Positions 34,885 to 44,762 of a stretch of 64,000 bases of DNA are shown here, in pieces. This stretch comes from Alphaproteobacteria bacterium. Lineage in GTDB: Bacteria; Pseudomonadota; Alphaproteobacteria; MPNO01. The notes below the pieces were generated by a model, which ran no database searches, was not told where the DNA came from, and worked only from the letters and a program-made list of their open reading frames with translations. A program made the position numbers and the translations under genes. Numbering within the stretch: position 1 is the stretch's first letter; each line of letters opens with the position of its first letter. The stretch is from NCBI GenBank assembly GCA_964291675.2, contig OZ219866.1, positions 3,488,001-3,552,000 on the forward strand, given 5' to 3'.

Positions 34885-35898
34885 TCAGCTTCCCGCCGCC
34901 TTGTACAGCTTGGACTTCAACTCGCTCAAGGGGACCGTGAATTTCTGTTGCTCGGCTTCGGCCCATTTCGCGCCGAGGATCGTCTGGATGTAGATCTTCG
35001 CGTGTTCGGGCGGGAGGTGGAAGTCCTGCACGCCCGCCTTGCGGATCTTCTCGTTGTCGATCTGCGCCTTCTTCTTGAGGAGCTGGCCGGAATTGTTCTC
35101 GTAGTGGAGCCCGGCGGCGAGAATCTGATTCTGGGCCTTCTCCGACAGGCTCTCGAACTTGTCCTTGTTCATCGTCGCCATGGTCGTCGAACGGAAGAAG
35201 CCCGGGAAGATCCGGTATTTGATGAAGCGCTGCCAGCCGCGGAAGGCGACCCCGCCCTCGGGCCAGGCAAGGCCCTGGACCGCGCCGCGTTCCAGCGCCG
35301 TGTAGACCTCGGCCGGATCGATCGTCTTCGGGATCGCGCCCATCGCCTTGAAGAACGCCGTGTAGAGGGCGGTCGAGCGCACCTTGAGGCCCCTGATGTC
35401 GAGCCCCGTCTCCTTGCTGAGCTTGGGCTTGTCGACCAGCCAGATCGAGAACTGCTCGGTGGTGTAGAAATTGCCCCAGCCGAGGATGATCGCGTTCGAC
35501 CGCTTGGCCCATGCCTCGGCGAAGATGTCGTAGCCGCCGTTCTTGCGCCATTCCTGCGGCGGGACGTTGGAGATCCCGGTCAGCTTCGCTTCGGGCTGTG
35601 CGGCGGAGTAGTAGGTCGACGGCGACATGATGATGTCGATGAGACCCCGTTTCAGCGCCGCGCCCTGCTTGCGGGGCGGCGTTACCTCCGGCCCGCCGAG
35701 ATATTTCAGCTTAACCTCGCTCTCGTCCTCCGCCATCTTCTTGACGAAGGTCTCGAGGAAGGCCTGCGACTGGTCGTGCTTCGTCCCCAGCGCCGTCGTC
35801 ACCTTGAGCTCGGTCGCCGCCTGGGCGGGCAGGGCGATCGCCGCCGCCGTCAGCGCCGCGACCCCGGCCGCGGCAAAGGATCCAAGGGTCGGTTTCAT
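34885..35898 (-). CDS. dctP: TRAP transporter substrate-binding protein
   Basis: Signal peptide, GGPEV, EVYTALERGAVQG. Confidence 0.87.
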   Translation of the reverse strand: MKPTLGSFAAAGVAALTAAAIALPAQAATELKVTTALGTKHDQSQAFLETFVKKMAEDESEVKLKYLGGPEVTPPRKQGAALKRGLIDIIMSPSTYYSAAQPEAKLTGISNVPPQEWRKNGGYDIFAEAWAKRSNAIILGWGNFYTTEQFSIWLVDKPKLSKETGLDIRGLKVRSTALYTAFFKAMGAIPKTIDPAEVYTALERGAVQGLAWPEGGVAFRGWQRFIKYRIFPGFFRSTTMATMNKDKFESLSEKAQNQILAAGLHYENNSGQLLKKKAQIDNEKIRKAGVQDFHLPPEHAKIYIQTILGAKWAEAEQQKFTVPLSELKSKLYKAAGS

Positions 35899-36083
35899 CG
35901 GATGGCTGCTCCCTGTCGGTTGTCCTTCGAGACTCCGGCCCGCCCGCGCGACCGGGGGCCCGATTCCACCGCGCATACTAACAGCCGGCCGGCAGAGTGT
36001 AACCCGTCTCGGGAGGCCGCTTTTCGCTTCGCCGCGCGCGCCCGTCTATGATGCCCCGGGCCCCAACGGCGGAGCGAATAGCG

Positions 36084-37037
36084 ATGCAGAACCGGCACGT
36101 CTTCTACCCCGGCGAACCCCTGGAGGAGGGCGCGATGCGGGTCACCCTGCTCGGCACCGGCACGCCGTTCCCGCGCCGCGGGCAGGCGGCGGCCGGCATG
36201 TTCGTCGAGGCGGGGCCGCACAAAATGCTGCTCGACGTGGGTCCCGGGACGCCGGCCAACTTCACCTCGCTGCAGATCCCCTTCGACGAGGTGGACAAGA
36301 TCTTCCTCACCCACCACCACGTCGATCACATCGGCGGGCTCGACCAGTTCTGGATCGGCGGCTGGACCTACGGGCGGCGGCGGCCGCTCAGGGTCTGGGG
36401 CCCGCCCGGCACCGCCGACATCGTCGCCCATCTGCGCGGCATCTACGCATGGGACATCGAGACAAGGCGCCGGGTGTTCGATTCGCTCCAGGGCTCGGAG
36501 ATCGAGGCCGTCGACTACGGCGAGGGCGCGATCTGGGAAGACGACGGCATCCGCGTGACCGCCTTCGAGGTCGTCCACACCCCGCCGCACAACACCTTCG
36601 GCTTGCGCATCGACCATGCCGGACGGTCGATGGTGTTCTCCGGCGACACCAAGAAATGCGAGGCGCTGATCGCCCGGGCGAGCGGCGTCGACCTGCTGAT
36701 CCACGAGGCGTTCCCGCCGGTCGAGGTCTATGCCGACAAGGCGGGCAGGCCGATCGAGCTCGCCCGCATCATCGCCGAGGAGGTCCACACCGCGCCGCGC
36801 GAGGTGGGCGAGGTGCTGGCCGCGTCCCGGCCCCGGCTCGGCGTGATCTACCACATGTACAACAACGACGACGTCATCGGCCCCGCCCTCGCCCAGGTCA
36901 GGGAGGGCTATGACGGGCGGGTCGAGATCGGCTACGACCTGATGGTGATCGACATCGCCGACGAGATACGGGTGCGCCCGGCCGCGGTCTCCGACAAGCC
37001 CTGGCCGGTGCGCCGCGACCGCCCGGCGGGCCATTGA
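36084..37037 (+). CDS. Metallo-beta-lactamase fold hydrolase (RNase Z/arylsulfatase-like)
   Basis: LLGTGTP, THHHVDH, FSGDT, LIHE, VHT. Confidence 0.85.
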   Translation: MQNRHVFYPGEPLEEGAMRVTLLGTGTPFPRRGQAAAGMFVEAGPHKMLLDVGPGTPANFTSLQIPFDEVDKIFLTHHHVDHIGGLDQFWIGGWTYGRRRPLRVWGPPGTADIVAHLRGIYAWDIETRRRVFDSLQGSEIEAVDYGEGAIWEDDGIRVTAFEVVHTPPHNTFGLRIDHAGRSMVFSGDTKKCEALIARASGVDLLIHEAFPPVEVYADKAGRPIELARIIAEEVHTAPREVGEVLAASRPRLGVIYHMYNNDDVIGPALAQVREGYDGRVEIGYDLMVIDIADEIRVRPAAVSDKPWPVRRDRPAGH

Positions 37038-37060
37038 GGCGGCGCGGCGCTCCCCCATCC

Positions 37061-37205
37061 CGTCATGGCCCGACTTGATCCGGCCACCCATGCGGCACCT
37101 CCGCACGCGAGGCGGTCGGGCGGGAGAGGCGGCGGCGCCAGTGGGTGCCCGGATCACCCCCGGACTCGATCCGGGGGCCGGGCATGACGTGGCAGAGGGC
37201 ATGAC
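37061..37205. repeat. REP-like palindrome pair, family A (GTCATGSCCGGACTTGATCCGGSCATCCA)
   Basis: Inverted copies at about 37061-37090 and 37141-37189. Confidence 0.8.
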
Positions 37206-37289
37206 GCGGGGGAAGGGACGCCTACCCGGTACGAGGGAATTCGCCCGGGGCATCCCCGCAGGGCCCCTATCGAAGGACGGCCTCCGGCG

Positions 37290-38105
37290 TCAGCGTCCGG
37301 TGAAGGAGGGCGTGCGCTTGTCGAGGAAGGCGGCGATGCCCTCGGCGAAGTCCTCGCCCGCGGCGCAGTCGGCGAACGCGGCGGCTTCGGCGTCGAGCTG
37401 GTCGTCGAGCGAGCGTCGGGCGGAGGCGTTCAAGAGCGCCTTGGCGTTGGCATAGGCGCGGGTCGGGCCCGCCGCCAGGCATCGCGCGAGCCCGTCGACC
37501 GCGGACTCGAACTCGGCCTCGGCGACGACGCGGTTGACCAGCCCCATCGCCTTCGCCTCCTCGGCGCCGAAGCGCTCGCCGAGATAGGCCATCTCGAAGC
37601 TGCGCTTGAGCCCGACCGAGCGCGGCAGGGTATAGGTCGACGACCCGTCGGGGCTGACCCCGATATGGCAATAGGCGAGGGTGAAGAAGGCGTTCTCGCT
37701 CGCCACCGCGAGGTCGCAGGCGGACATCAGGCTCATCCCGAACCCGGCCACCGCGCCGTGCACCGCCGCGATCGCCGGCTTGGGCATCGACCGGATCGCC
37801 CGGATCGTGGGATGGACGCGGTGGACGAAGGATTCGAAATGCGTGCGCCGGTCCTCCCCCTCGGGAATCTCCGCGAGCCAGGCGCGGAACGCGGCGATGT
37901 CGCCGCCGGCCATGAAGTGGTCGCCCGCGCCGCGGACCAGGACGCAGCGGATTGCCGCGTCCGCCGCCGCCGCTTCGGTCACCGCATGGAGCGCCGCCGC
38001 CATGTCGCCGTCGATCGCGTTCAGGGATTGCGGCCGCGACAGGGTTACGGTGCACACGCCGTCGGCGACGGCGGCCTCGACGGTATCGTTCGGCGAACGG
38101 ATCAT
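37290..38105 (-). CDS. Enoyl-CoA hydratase/isomerase family protein
   Basis: FMAGGDI, GAVAGFG, PDGSST, EGIAAFLDKRTPSFTG. Confidence 0.88.
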   Translation of the reverse strand: MIRSPNDTVEAAVADGVCTVTLSRPQSLNAIDGDMAAALHAVTEAAAADAAIRCVLVRGAGDHFMAGGDIAAFRAWLAEIPEGEDRRTHFESFVHRVHPTIRAIRSMPKPAIAAVHGAVAGFGMSLMSACDLAVASENAFFTLAYCHIGVSPDGSSTYTLPRSVGLKRSFEMAYLGERFGAEEAKAMGLVNRVVAEAEFESAVDGLARCLAAGPTRAYANAKALLNASARRSLDDQLDAEAAAFADCAAGEDFAEGIAAFLDKRTPSFTGR

Positions 38106-38216
38106 CTCCACTCCTGCACGTGGGTCGCGGGAAGGCGGGAGAGCCCGAATCTAGGGAAGCCCCGCCCGGGACGCCAGAGGGCGCACGGGCCGGATCGGCC
38201 CGCGGACGCCCGACCG

Positions 38217-39689
38217 CTACCGGGTGAATTCGGCGAAGCGCTTGCTCTTGATATTGGCGAGCCGCTCTTCGAGCGTACCCCGATAGGCCTCGAACGCGGC
38301 GAGATCCGCGCCCTTGAGACGGATCTGCGGCGGCATGGAGACCGACAGCGGGTTGACCTGCCGCCCGTCGACCAGGATCTCGTAGTGAAGATGCGGGCCG
38401 GTCGACCGTCCGGTCGAGCCGACATAGCCGATCACCTGCCCCTGGCGCACATTCGCGCCCCGGCGAATGCCGCGCCTGAGCGCCCGCATATGCGCGTAAG
38501 CCGTCTGGTAGCGGCTGTTGTGGCGGATGCGGACATAGATCCCGTAGCTGCCGTTGCGCCCGGCATAGGCCACCCGGCCGTCGCCCGCGGCATAGATCGG
38601 CGTGCCGGACCGCGCGGCGAAGTCGACCCCGCGATGCATCCTCGTGTAGCCGAGGATCGGGTGGCGCCGCTTGCCGTATTTCGACGACAGCCGCGCGCCG
38701 TCGATCGGGGTGCGCATCAGGGGCTTGCGCGCGCCGGCCCCGTCGCGGTTGAAATAGTCGGTGCCGTGCCGTCCGGTGAAGCGGAAGAGCTCGAGCTTCC
38801 TGCCGCGCAGGGTGAGCGAGCCGTAGACCATGTCGCCATGGTCGACGAACGCGCCTTCCGGGGTGTGCAGCGTCTCCCAGGCCACGTCGAAGCTGTCGCC
38901 GGCGCGAATCTCGCGCTGAAAGTCGACATCCCAGCTAAAGATCCGAACGAGCTGGAGCAGGACCGGAATCGGCAGGTCCTGCTTTTCCGCCGCGCGGTAG
39001 AGCGAGGACGAGATCTCCCCGCCGGTGCGGGCGAGCCGGGTCTCGGTCCGCACATCGACCTTGCGGGCGGCGAACGCGCTTCCCCGGCGTTCGACGGCGA
39101 TCGCGGTCGTCGGACCGGTGGCGAGCTTCGCCCCGCGCAGCCGGATCCCGCGATCCTCGAAGGCCGGGTCGCTCGCGAGATAGGCGATCGTCAGCTTCTG
39201 CCCGGGCCGGATGCGGCGCGGGTCGTAGACCTTGCGCATGGCCTCGATCGCCGCCGCCGCCTGGTTCCTCGGAATGCCGGCGCGCAGGTAGAGGAGCATC
39301 AGCGTATCGCCGCTGCCCACCTCCAGCGTCCGTTCCTCGACGCTGCGGCTCGCGTCGCGGACGCCGGGGCTCGCCAGCAGGGCGAGATCCACCGCCGCCT
39401 CGGCCTCGCGCTCCCATTCCTCGATCGCGTGTTGGGGGTAGGGGGCCTCTTTCGGGGCCGGTGCCTCCGTCGCGCGCTCCACGACCGACGGAAACGGATC
39501 GACGACGTACACCGCCGCGGCAAGGACTCCGACGATACCACTCACGACCGCCACTCTCGAAACCGCAGACCCCACCCGCCGGCGCCAACGGCGCCGCTTC
39601 GCACGGTCATGCCCTGAAGATGCGCTAGCCACGCGAATCGAACACTGTCGGCTCAGCTTTCTCGCAGTCTCCGAGCATGCCGGACTCAC
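38217..39689 (-). CDS. M23 family peptidoglycan endopeptidase (MepM-like); true start probably downstream of 39689
   Basis: HRGVDF, YAHM, STGPHLHYE; WDVDFQR domain. Confidence 0.85.
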   Translation of the reverse strand: MSPACSETARKLSRQCSIRVASASSGHDRAKRRRWRRRVGSAVSRVAVVSGIVGVLAAAVYVVDPFPSVVERATEAPAPKEAPYPQHAIEEWEREAEAAVDLALLASPGVRDASRSVEERTLEVGSGDTLMLLYLRAGIPRNQAAAAIEAMRKVYDPRRIRPGQKLTIAYLASDPAFEDRGIRLRGAKLATGPTTAIAVERRGSAFAARKVDVRTETRLARTGGEISSSLYRAAEKQDLPIPVLLQLVRIFSWDVDFQREIRAGDSFDVAWETLHTPEGAFVDHGDMVYGSLTLRGRKLELFRFTGRHGTDYFNRDGAGARKPLMRTPIDGARLSSKYGKRRHPILGYTRMHRGVDFAARSGTPIYAAGDGRVAYAGRNGSYGIYVRIRHNSRYQTAYAHMRALRRGIRRGANVRQGQVIGYVGSTGRSTGPHLHYEILVDGRQVNPLSVSMPPQIRLKGADLAAFEAYRGTLEERLANIKSKRFAEFTR

Positions 39690-39785
39690 CTTCCCGTTGT
39701 CAAGCCGAAGCCGGCAAACGGGCGCCGAATCAACGGCCTAGAGTCCTGCTTCGGAGCTTCCATGCCGCGCGGACGGCGGACGGCG

Positions 39786-40114
39786 TGGATGGCCGGAACA
39801 AGTCCGGCCATCACGGGGCGGGGACGCCGGCGTCCGGCGTGCGTCCTTCGGCCCTCCCACGTCGTGGCCGGACTTGCTCCACTGCCGTCCTGTCTGGATT
39901 TTCGACCGGGCTCCGCACCGATGAGCATCGACATCTCCGCCCCCGCTGTCACCCCTGTACCCTCGTCATGCCGGGCCCCCGGATCAAGTCCGGGGGTGAT
40001 CCGGGCACCAACAGGCGCCGCCCGCACAACGCCATGTCGGGAGAGGCGCCAGTGGGTGCCGGCAGGGAGAGGCGGTTGCGGCAGTGGGTGCCCGGATCGA
40101 GTCCGGGCATGACG
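39786..40114. repeat. Cluster of four family A REP-like palindromes
   Basis: GGATCAAGTCC / GGACTTGATCC-type cores at about 39786, 39860, 39964 and 40085. Confidence 0.8.
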
Positions 40115-40214
40115 GGGGGGTGGAGCGGCGGGGAGAAGGAGCGGGGGCCGGGCGTCACGTGGGGGTGGGAGCAGCGGGGGGAAGGACCGGGGCCGGGCAT
40201 CGCGTGGGCGGCCG

Positions 40215-41664
40215 GGTCGTGTCCCCAGACGTGGTGTAGGAGCTCTGGCTTCGGTTTGTAGCTGTGGGTAAGCAGCGCGCCGCCGCGACCGCCGCGAGTC
40301 TGGCGGCGGCGGGCTGCTTATCCACAGCGGAGGCCATCGCGGTTCCGGTTTAGGGTTGGGTCGTGCAACGCCAACCCGAACCTGAGGAGGAACCGCGATG
40401 ACCGACGACATGATGGCCCTGCGCGGGCTTTTGGAGAAGAGTTCCGACGCCGATCTGCTGCGCGAGATGATCGGCTTCTCGGCCGAGCGTCTGATGGCGC
40501 TGGAGGTGGAAGGGCTGACCGGCGCCGCCCATGGCGAGCGCACGCCGGAGCGGATCACGCAGCGCAACGGCTACCGCGAGCGGGCCTGGGAGACCCGCGC
40601 CGGCACGGTGGCGCTGAGGATCCCGAAGCTCAGGACGGGGAGCTACTTCCCCGGCTTCCTGGAACCGCGCCGGATGGCCGAGAAGGCACTCACGGCGGTG
40701 ATCCAGGAGGCCTACATCCAGGGCGTGTCGACGCGCTCGGTCGACGACCTGGTGCAGGCGATGGGCATGTCGGGCATCTCCAAGAGCCAGGTGTCCAGGC
40801 TGTGCGCCGAGATCGACGACAAGATCGAGAGCTTCCTCGACCGGCCGCTGGAGGGCGAGTGGCCCTATCTGTGGCTGGATGCGACCTATATCAAGATGCG
40901 CGAGATCGGGCGCATCGTCTCGGTCGCGGTGACCGTCGCGGTGGCGGTCAACGACCAGGGCCGGCGCGAGGTGCTCGGCATGGCGATCGGCCACTCCGAG
41001 GCCGAGACCTTCTGGACCGCCTTCCTGCGCGCGCTGACCGGCCGCGGGCTCAAGGGCGTCAAGCTGGTGATCTCCGACGACCACAAGGGGTTGAAGGCCG
41101 CCGCGACCCGCATCCTCGGCGCCACCTGGCAGCGCTGCCGCATCCACTTCATGCGCAACCTGCTGGCCCATGCCGGCCGTCAGGGAAGGCGCGTCGTGTC
41201 TGCCTTCGTCGCCACCGCCTTCGCCCAGGACGACGCCCAGGCCGCGAGCGCCCAGTGGCGCCTGGTCGCCGACCAGCTCAGGCCCAAGGCGCCCAAGCTC
41301 GCCACCCTCATGGACGACGCCGAGCACGACGTCCTCGCCTACATGACCTTCCCCAGGGAGCACCGAACCAAGCTCCACTCGACCAACCCCATCGAGCGGG
41401 TCCATGCCGAGATCAAGCGCCGAACCAACGTCGTCGGCATCTTCCCCAACGAAGACGCCGTCACCCGCCTGGTCGGCGCCATCCTGCTCGAGCAGAACGA
41501 CGAGTGGGCCGTCGCAAGGAGATACATGACACTGGAATCCATCGCTCAGACCAGCGACAATCTCACCGTCAAGCCGCCCGCCGTGGCAGCCTGACCCTAC
41601 CGGCCCAACACGCCGGATACCGCGATCGGCGCCGGGCTCTTACACCACGTGGCGGGACACGATC
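40215..41664 (+). mobile_element. IS256 family insertion sequence (~1450 bp)
   Basis: Terminal IRs GGTCGTGTCCCCAGACGTGGTGTAGGAGC and (rc) GATCGTGTCCCGCCACGTGGTGTAAGAGC; 8-bp flanks match only 6/8 (GGCGGCCG vs TGCGGCGG). Confidence 0.88.
40398..41594 (+). CDS. IS256 family DDE transposase
   Basis: [36 protein letters not shown]; GAGGAG RBS. Confidence 0.93.
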   Translation: MTDDMMALRGLLEKSSDADLLREMIGFSAERLMALEVEGLTGAAHGERTPERITQRNGYRERAWETRAGTVALRIPKLRTGSYFPGFLEPRRMAEKALTAVIQEAYIQGVSTRSVDDLVQAMGMSGISKSQVSRLCAEIDDKIESFLDRPLEGEWPYLWLDATYIKMREIGRIVSVAVTVAVAVNDQGRREVLGMAIGHSEAETFWTAFLRALTGRGLKGVKLVISDDHKGLKAAATRILGATWQRCRIHFMRNLLAHAGRQGRRVVSAFVATAFAQDDAQAASAQWRLVADQLRPKAPKLATLMDDAEHDVLAYMTFPREHRTKLHSTNPIERVHAEIKRRTNVVGIFPNEDAVTRLVGAILLEQNDEWAVARRYMTLESIAQTSDNLTVKPPAVAA

Positions 41665-41735
41665 TGCGGCGGCGCGGCCGGAAGGTCCGACGGCCCCCAC
41701 GCCCCACGCCTCGCCCCCTCATCATTCCCCCCCTC

Positions 41736-41948
41736 GTCATGCCCGGACTTGATCCGGGCATCCACTGGCGCCGCCGCTCCTCCCGACGGGGCGTTGTACC
41801 GGTGGCGCCAGTGGTTGCGCGGATCAAGTCCGCGCATGGGTGGCCGGATCAAGTCCGGCCATGACGGGGTGGGGGTGGCGGTGGAGAAGCACGGGAGCCG
41901 GGTGCGGACCGCCCCGCCCGTGGGTGCCCGGAACGAGGCCGGGGTGAC
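41736..41948. repeat. Family A REP-like palindromes between IS256 and IS110
   Basis: GTCATGCCCGGACTTGATCCGGGCATCCA at ~41737; inverted copies at ~41812-41865; degenerate copy at ~41921. Confidence 0.8.
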
Positions 41949-42064
41949 AACGGAGGGGCAGGGACGGCAAGTGCGGGCGTGCGGCGATCCGTGTCCCGAT
42001 CCGGCGGATGCGCCGATAACCCGCCCGGAACAAGGCTTTGCGCCGGTCCAGCTCACATAAACCG

Positions 42065-42400
42065 TCATGGTCTCGGCGGTGCTGAGCCACCCCGTGGCAT
42101 GAAACTCGGGGCGTTCGGCTGAGGGTTTGCCGATCGTCGCGCGGGTCTGCCGTGGCAGGATGGGAACGGTGGAGGCGGCGACGCGTGAGCGTTCCGTTTA
42201 TCGGTGATGTGGTTCCCGAGATATAAACTGCTTCCGGCGGTCGGCTCCGCACCCCGTACTGTGCCCGGCCCGCGGCCGTGGACGCGCGGCAAATCGAACC
42301 GCACCCGCTCGACGGGTGCGTGTCCTTCCGACCGCTGTCCCCGCCTCCACCGTGGCGATGCCACGGCGCGATCCTACGCCGCCGTGGCGAGAGCGCAACG
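42065..42400. ncRNA. Candidate IS110 bridge/guide RNA region (strand unresolved)
   Basis: Long structured non-coding region upstream of the IS110 recombinase; several hairpins; segments matching the donor junction and target (see findings). Confidence 0.5.
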
Positions 42401-42412
42401 AGGAGGACAGCG

Positions 42413-43663
42413 ATGAAGACGGAAGGCTTGCACGTCGTGCGGCCGCGCGCGGCGGGTCTGGACGTGCACAAGATGGAGATCACCGCGACGGTTCGCCTGT
42501 GCGAGGGCGAGGGCGAGCCGGTGGTGGAGACGCGCTGCTTCAGCTCGCTTCCGAGCGGTCTGGCGGAGATGGTCGCCTGGCTGACCGGTCGCCGCGTCGA
42601 GGCCGCTGTCATGGAAGGGACCGGGATCTACTGGCAGGCGCCCTTCGCGGCGGTGGAGGCGGCGGGGATCGAAGCGATCCTGGTGCACGCGCGTCAGGTC
42701 AAGCAGTTGAAGGGGCGCAAGACCGATGTCGCCGACAGCGTGTGGCTGGCCTGCGTGTGCCAGTTCGGGCTCTGCACGCCTTCCCATGTTCCCCCCGAGC
42801 CGTTCCGGCAGCTGCGCTCGCTGAGCCGCCAGCGACGTACCCTGGTCAGGCAGCGCTCGACCGTGCGCAACCGGGTGCAGAAGATCGTCGACCGCGCCGG
42901 CCTGCGCATCGGCGGCATCCTCTCCGACGTCTTCGGCGTCAACGGCCGCAAGATCCTCGACGGGCTGGCGCAAGCCACGCCGCGCGCGGTCATCCTCGCC
43001 TCGCTCACCGGCCACGTCGCCAACAAGCTGGAGGGGCTCGGCGAGGCGCTCTCCCTGAGCCTGGGCGATAACGACCGCTTCATGCTCGGCGATCTGCTGG
43101 ACGAGCATGACGCGCTCGAGGCGCGCATCGCGTCCTACGGCGAGAAGATCGACCGGCAGATGACGCCGTGGCAGGAACAGCTCCGCCTGCTGACCACCAT
43201 CCCCGGCATCGACCGCATCGCCGCCTCGACCATCCTGATCGAGATCGGCCCGGATATCGAGGCGTTCGCCTCCAAGCAGCACTTCGCCGCCTGGGCCGGG
43301 CTCTGCCCCGGCAACAACGAAAGCGGCGGAAAGCGCCGCAACGCGCGCACCCGAAGGGGCTCCAAGACGCTGCGCGCCAGCCTCGTCGAATGTGCCCACG
43401 GCGCGGCCCGAACCAAGGGGTGCCAGTTCGAGGCCCACCACCGCGCGCTCGCCGCCCGGCGCGGATACAAGCGCGCCATCGTGGCCAGCGCACACAAGAT
43501 GCTGCGCATCGTTTATGTCGTGCTCAAGACCGGCAGGCCCTACTACGACCGCACCGCCGACTACGACGCGCTGATGGTCAAGCGCAACGCCCCGCGCTGG
43601 ATCCGAATGCTCCGCCGCTACGGCTACATCCAACCCCGGCGCGCCGAACCCAAGGCCACCTGA
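42413..43663 (+). CDS. IS110 family DEDD recombinase/transposase
   Basis: GLDVHK, MEGTGIYW, KTDVAD (DEDD); WAGLCPGNNESGG with catalytic Ser; GAGGAGG RBS. Confidence 0.93.
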   Translation: MKTEGLHVVRPRAAGLDVHKMEITATVRLCEGEGEPVVETRCFSSLPSGLAEMVAWLTGRRVEAAVMEGTGIYWQAPFAAVEAAGIEAILVHARQVKQLKGRKTDVADSVWLACVCQFGLCTPSHVPPEPFRQLRSLSRQRRTLVRQRSTVRNRVQKIVDRAGLRIGGILSDVFGVNGRKILDGLAQATPRAVILASLTGHVANKLEGLGEALSLSLGDNDRFMLGDLLDEHDALEARIASYGEKIDRQMTPWQEQLRLLTTIPGIDRIAASTILIEIGPDIEAFASKQHFAAWAGLCPGNNESGGKRRNARTRRGSKTLRASLVECAHGAARTKGCQFEAHHRALAARRGYKRAIVASAHKMLRIVYVVLKTGRPYYDRTADYDALMVKRNAPRWIRMLRRYGYIQPRRAEPKAT

Positions 43664-43982
43664 CCGGCCCGCATAACGCCGGACCGCCGCGCGGGACCGC
43701 TTCGGGCCACATCGGGGAAGTCCACCGCTCGTCTCCGCCGCCCCCTTCCGGCGATCTCAGCCAACTCCCTCCCGGCGTTGGATGGGGCCCTCGCGCGCCC
43801 CCACCGAAACTGTTTCACGGCAAACCGGACAGCAGTGGACTTGATCCGGGGGCCGGGCATGACGGTCGGGAGGAGCCGGGGGCGACGGCGCAACGAGACG
43901 ATGCGACGAGCGCGCCGCGATCCGTGTCCCGCTCCGGCCGCCGCGCCCGGGCCCCGGAACGAGCCCGGAGGCCGCGCCTCTC

Positions 43983-44753
<771 letters not shown>

Positions 44754-44762
44754 GGTGCCCCC

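Larger units (their letters stand above)
42059..43827 (+). mobile_element. IS110 family element bounded by an AAACCG core duplication
   Basis: AAACCG at 42059-42064 and 43822-43827; ~350 bp 5' and ~160 bp 3' non-coding regions around the recombinase gene. Confidence 0.75.

Noticed and set aside
37075-37455. ORFs with MPGLDPG / GSSPGMT-like peptides (also 39677-40567, 41597-42068, 61020-61713)
   Set aside because: Translations of REP palindromes, not real genes
40261-40328. Replication origin at the DnaA boxes
   Set aside because: Only two boxes, inside an IS, with no AT-rich unwinding element or origin-linked genes
40207-41672. IS256 target-site duplication
   Set aside because: The best 8-bp flanks match only 6/8 in very GC-rich sequence, so it is not claimed as a true duplication
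39786-41948. REP clusters as a possible CRISPR array
   Set aside because: Copies alternate in orientation, vary in sequence and spacing, and no cas genes are present
42278-42412. N-terminal extension of the IS110 ORF from 42278
   Set aside because: A strong GAGGAGG RBS precedes ATG 42413 and family similarity starts there; the upstream part is structured non-coding sequence
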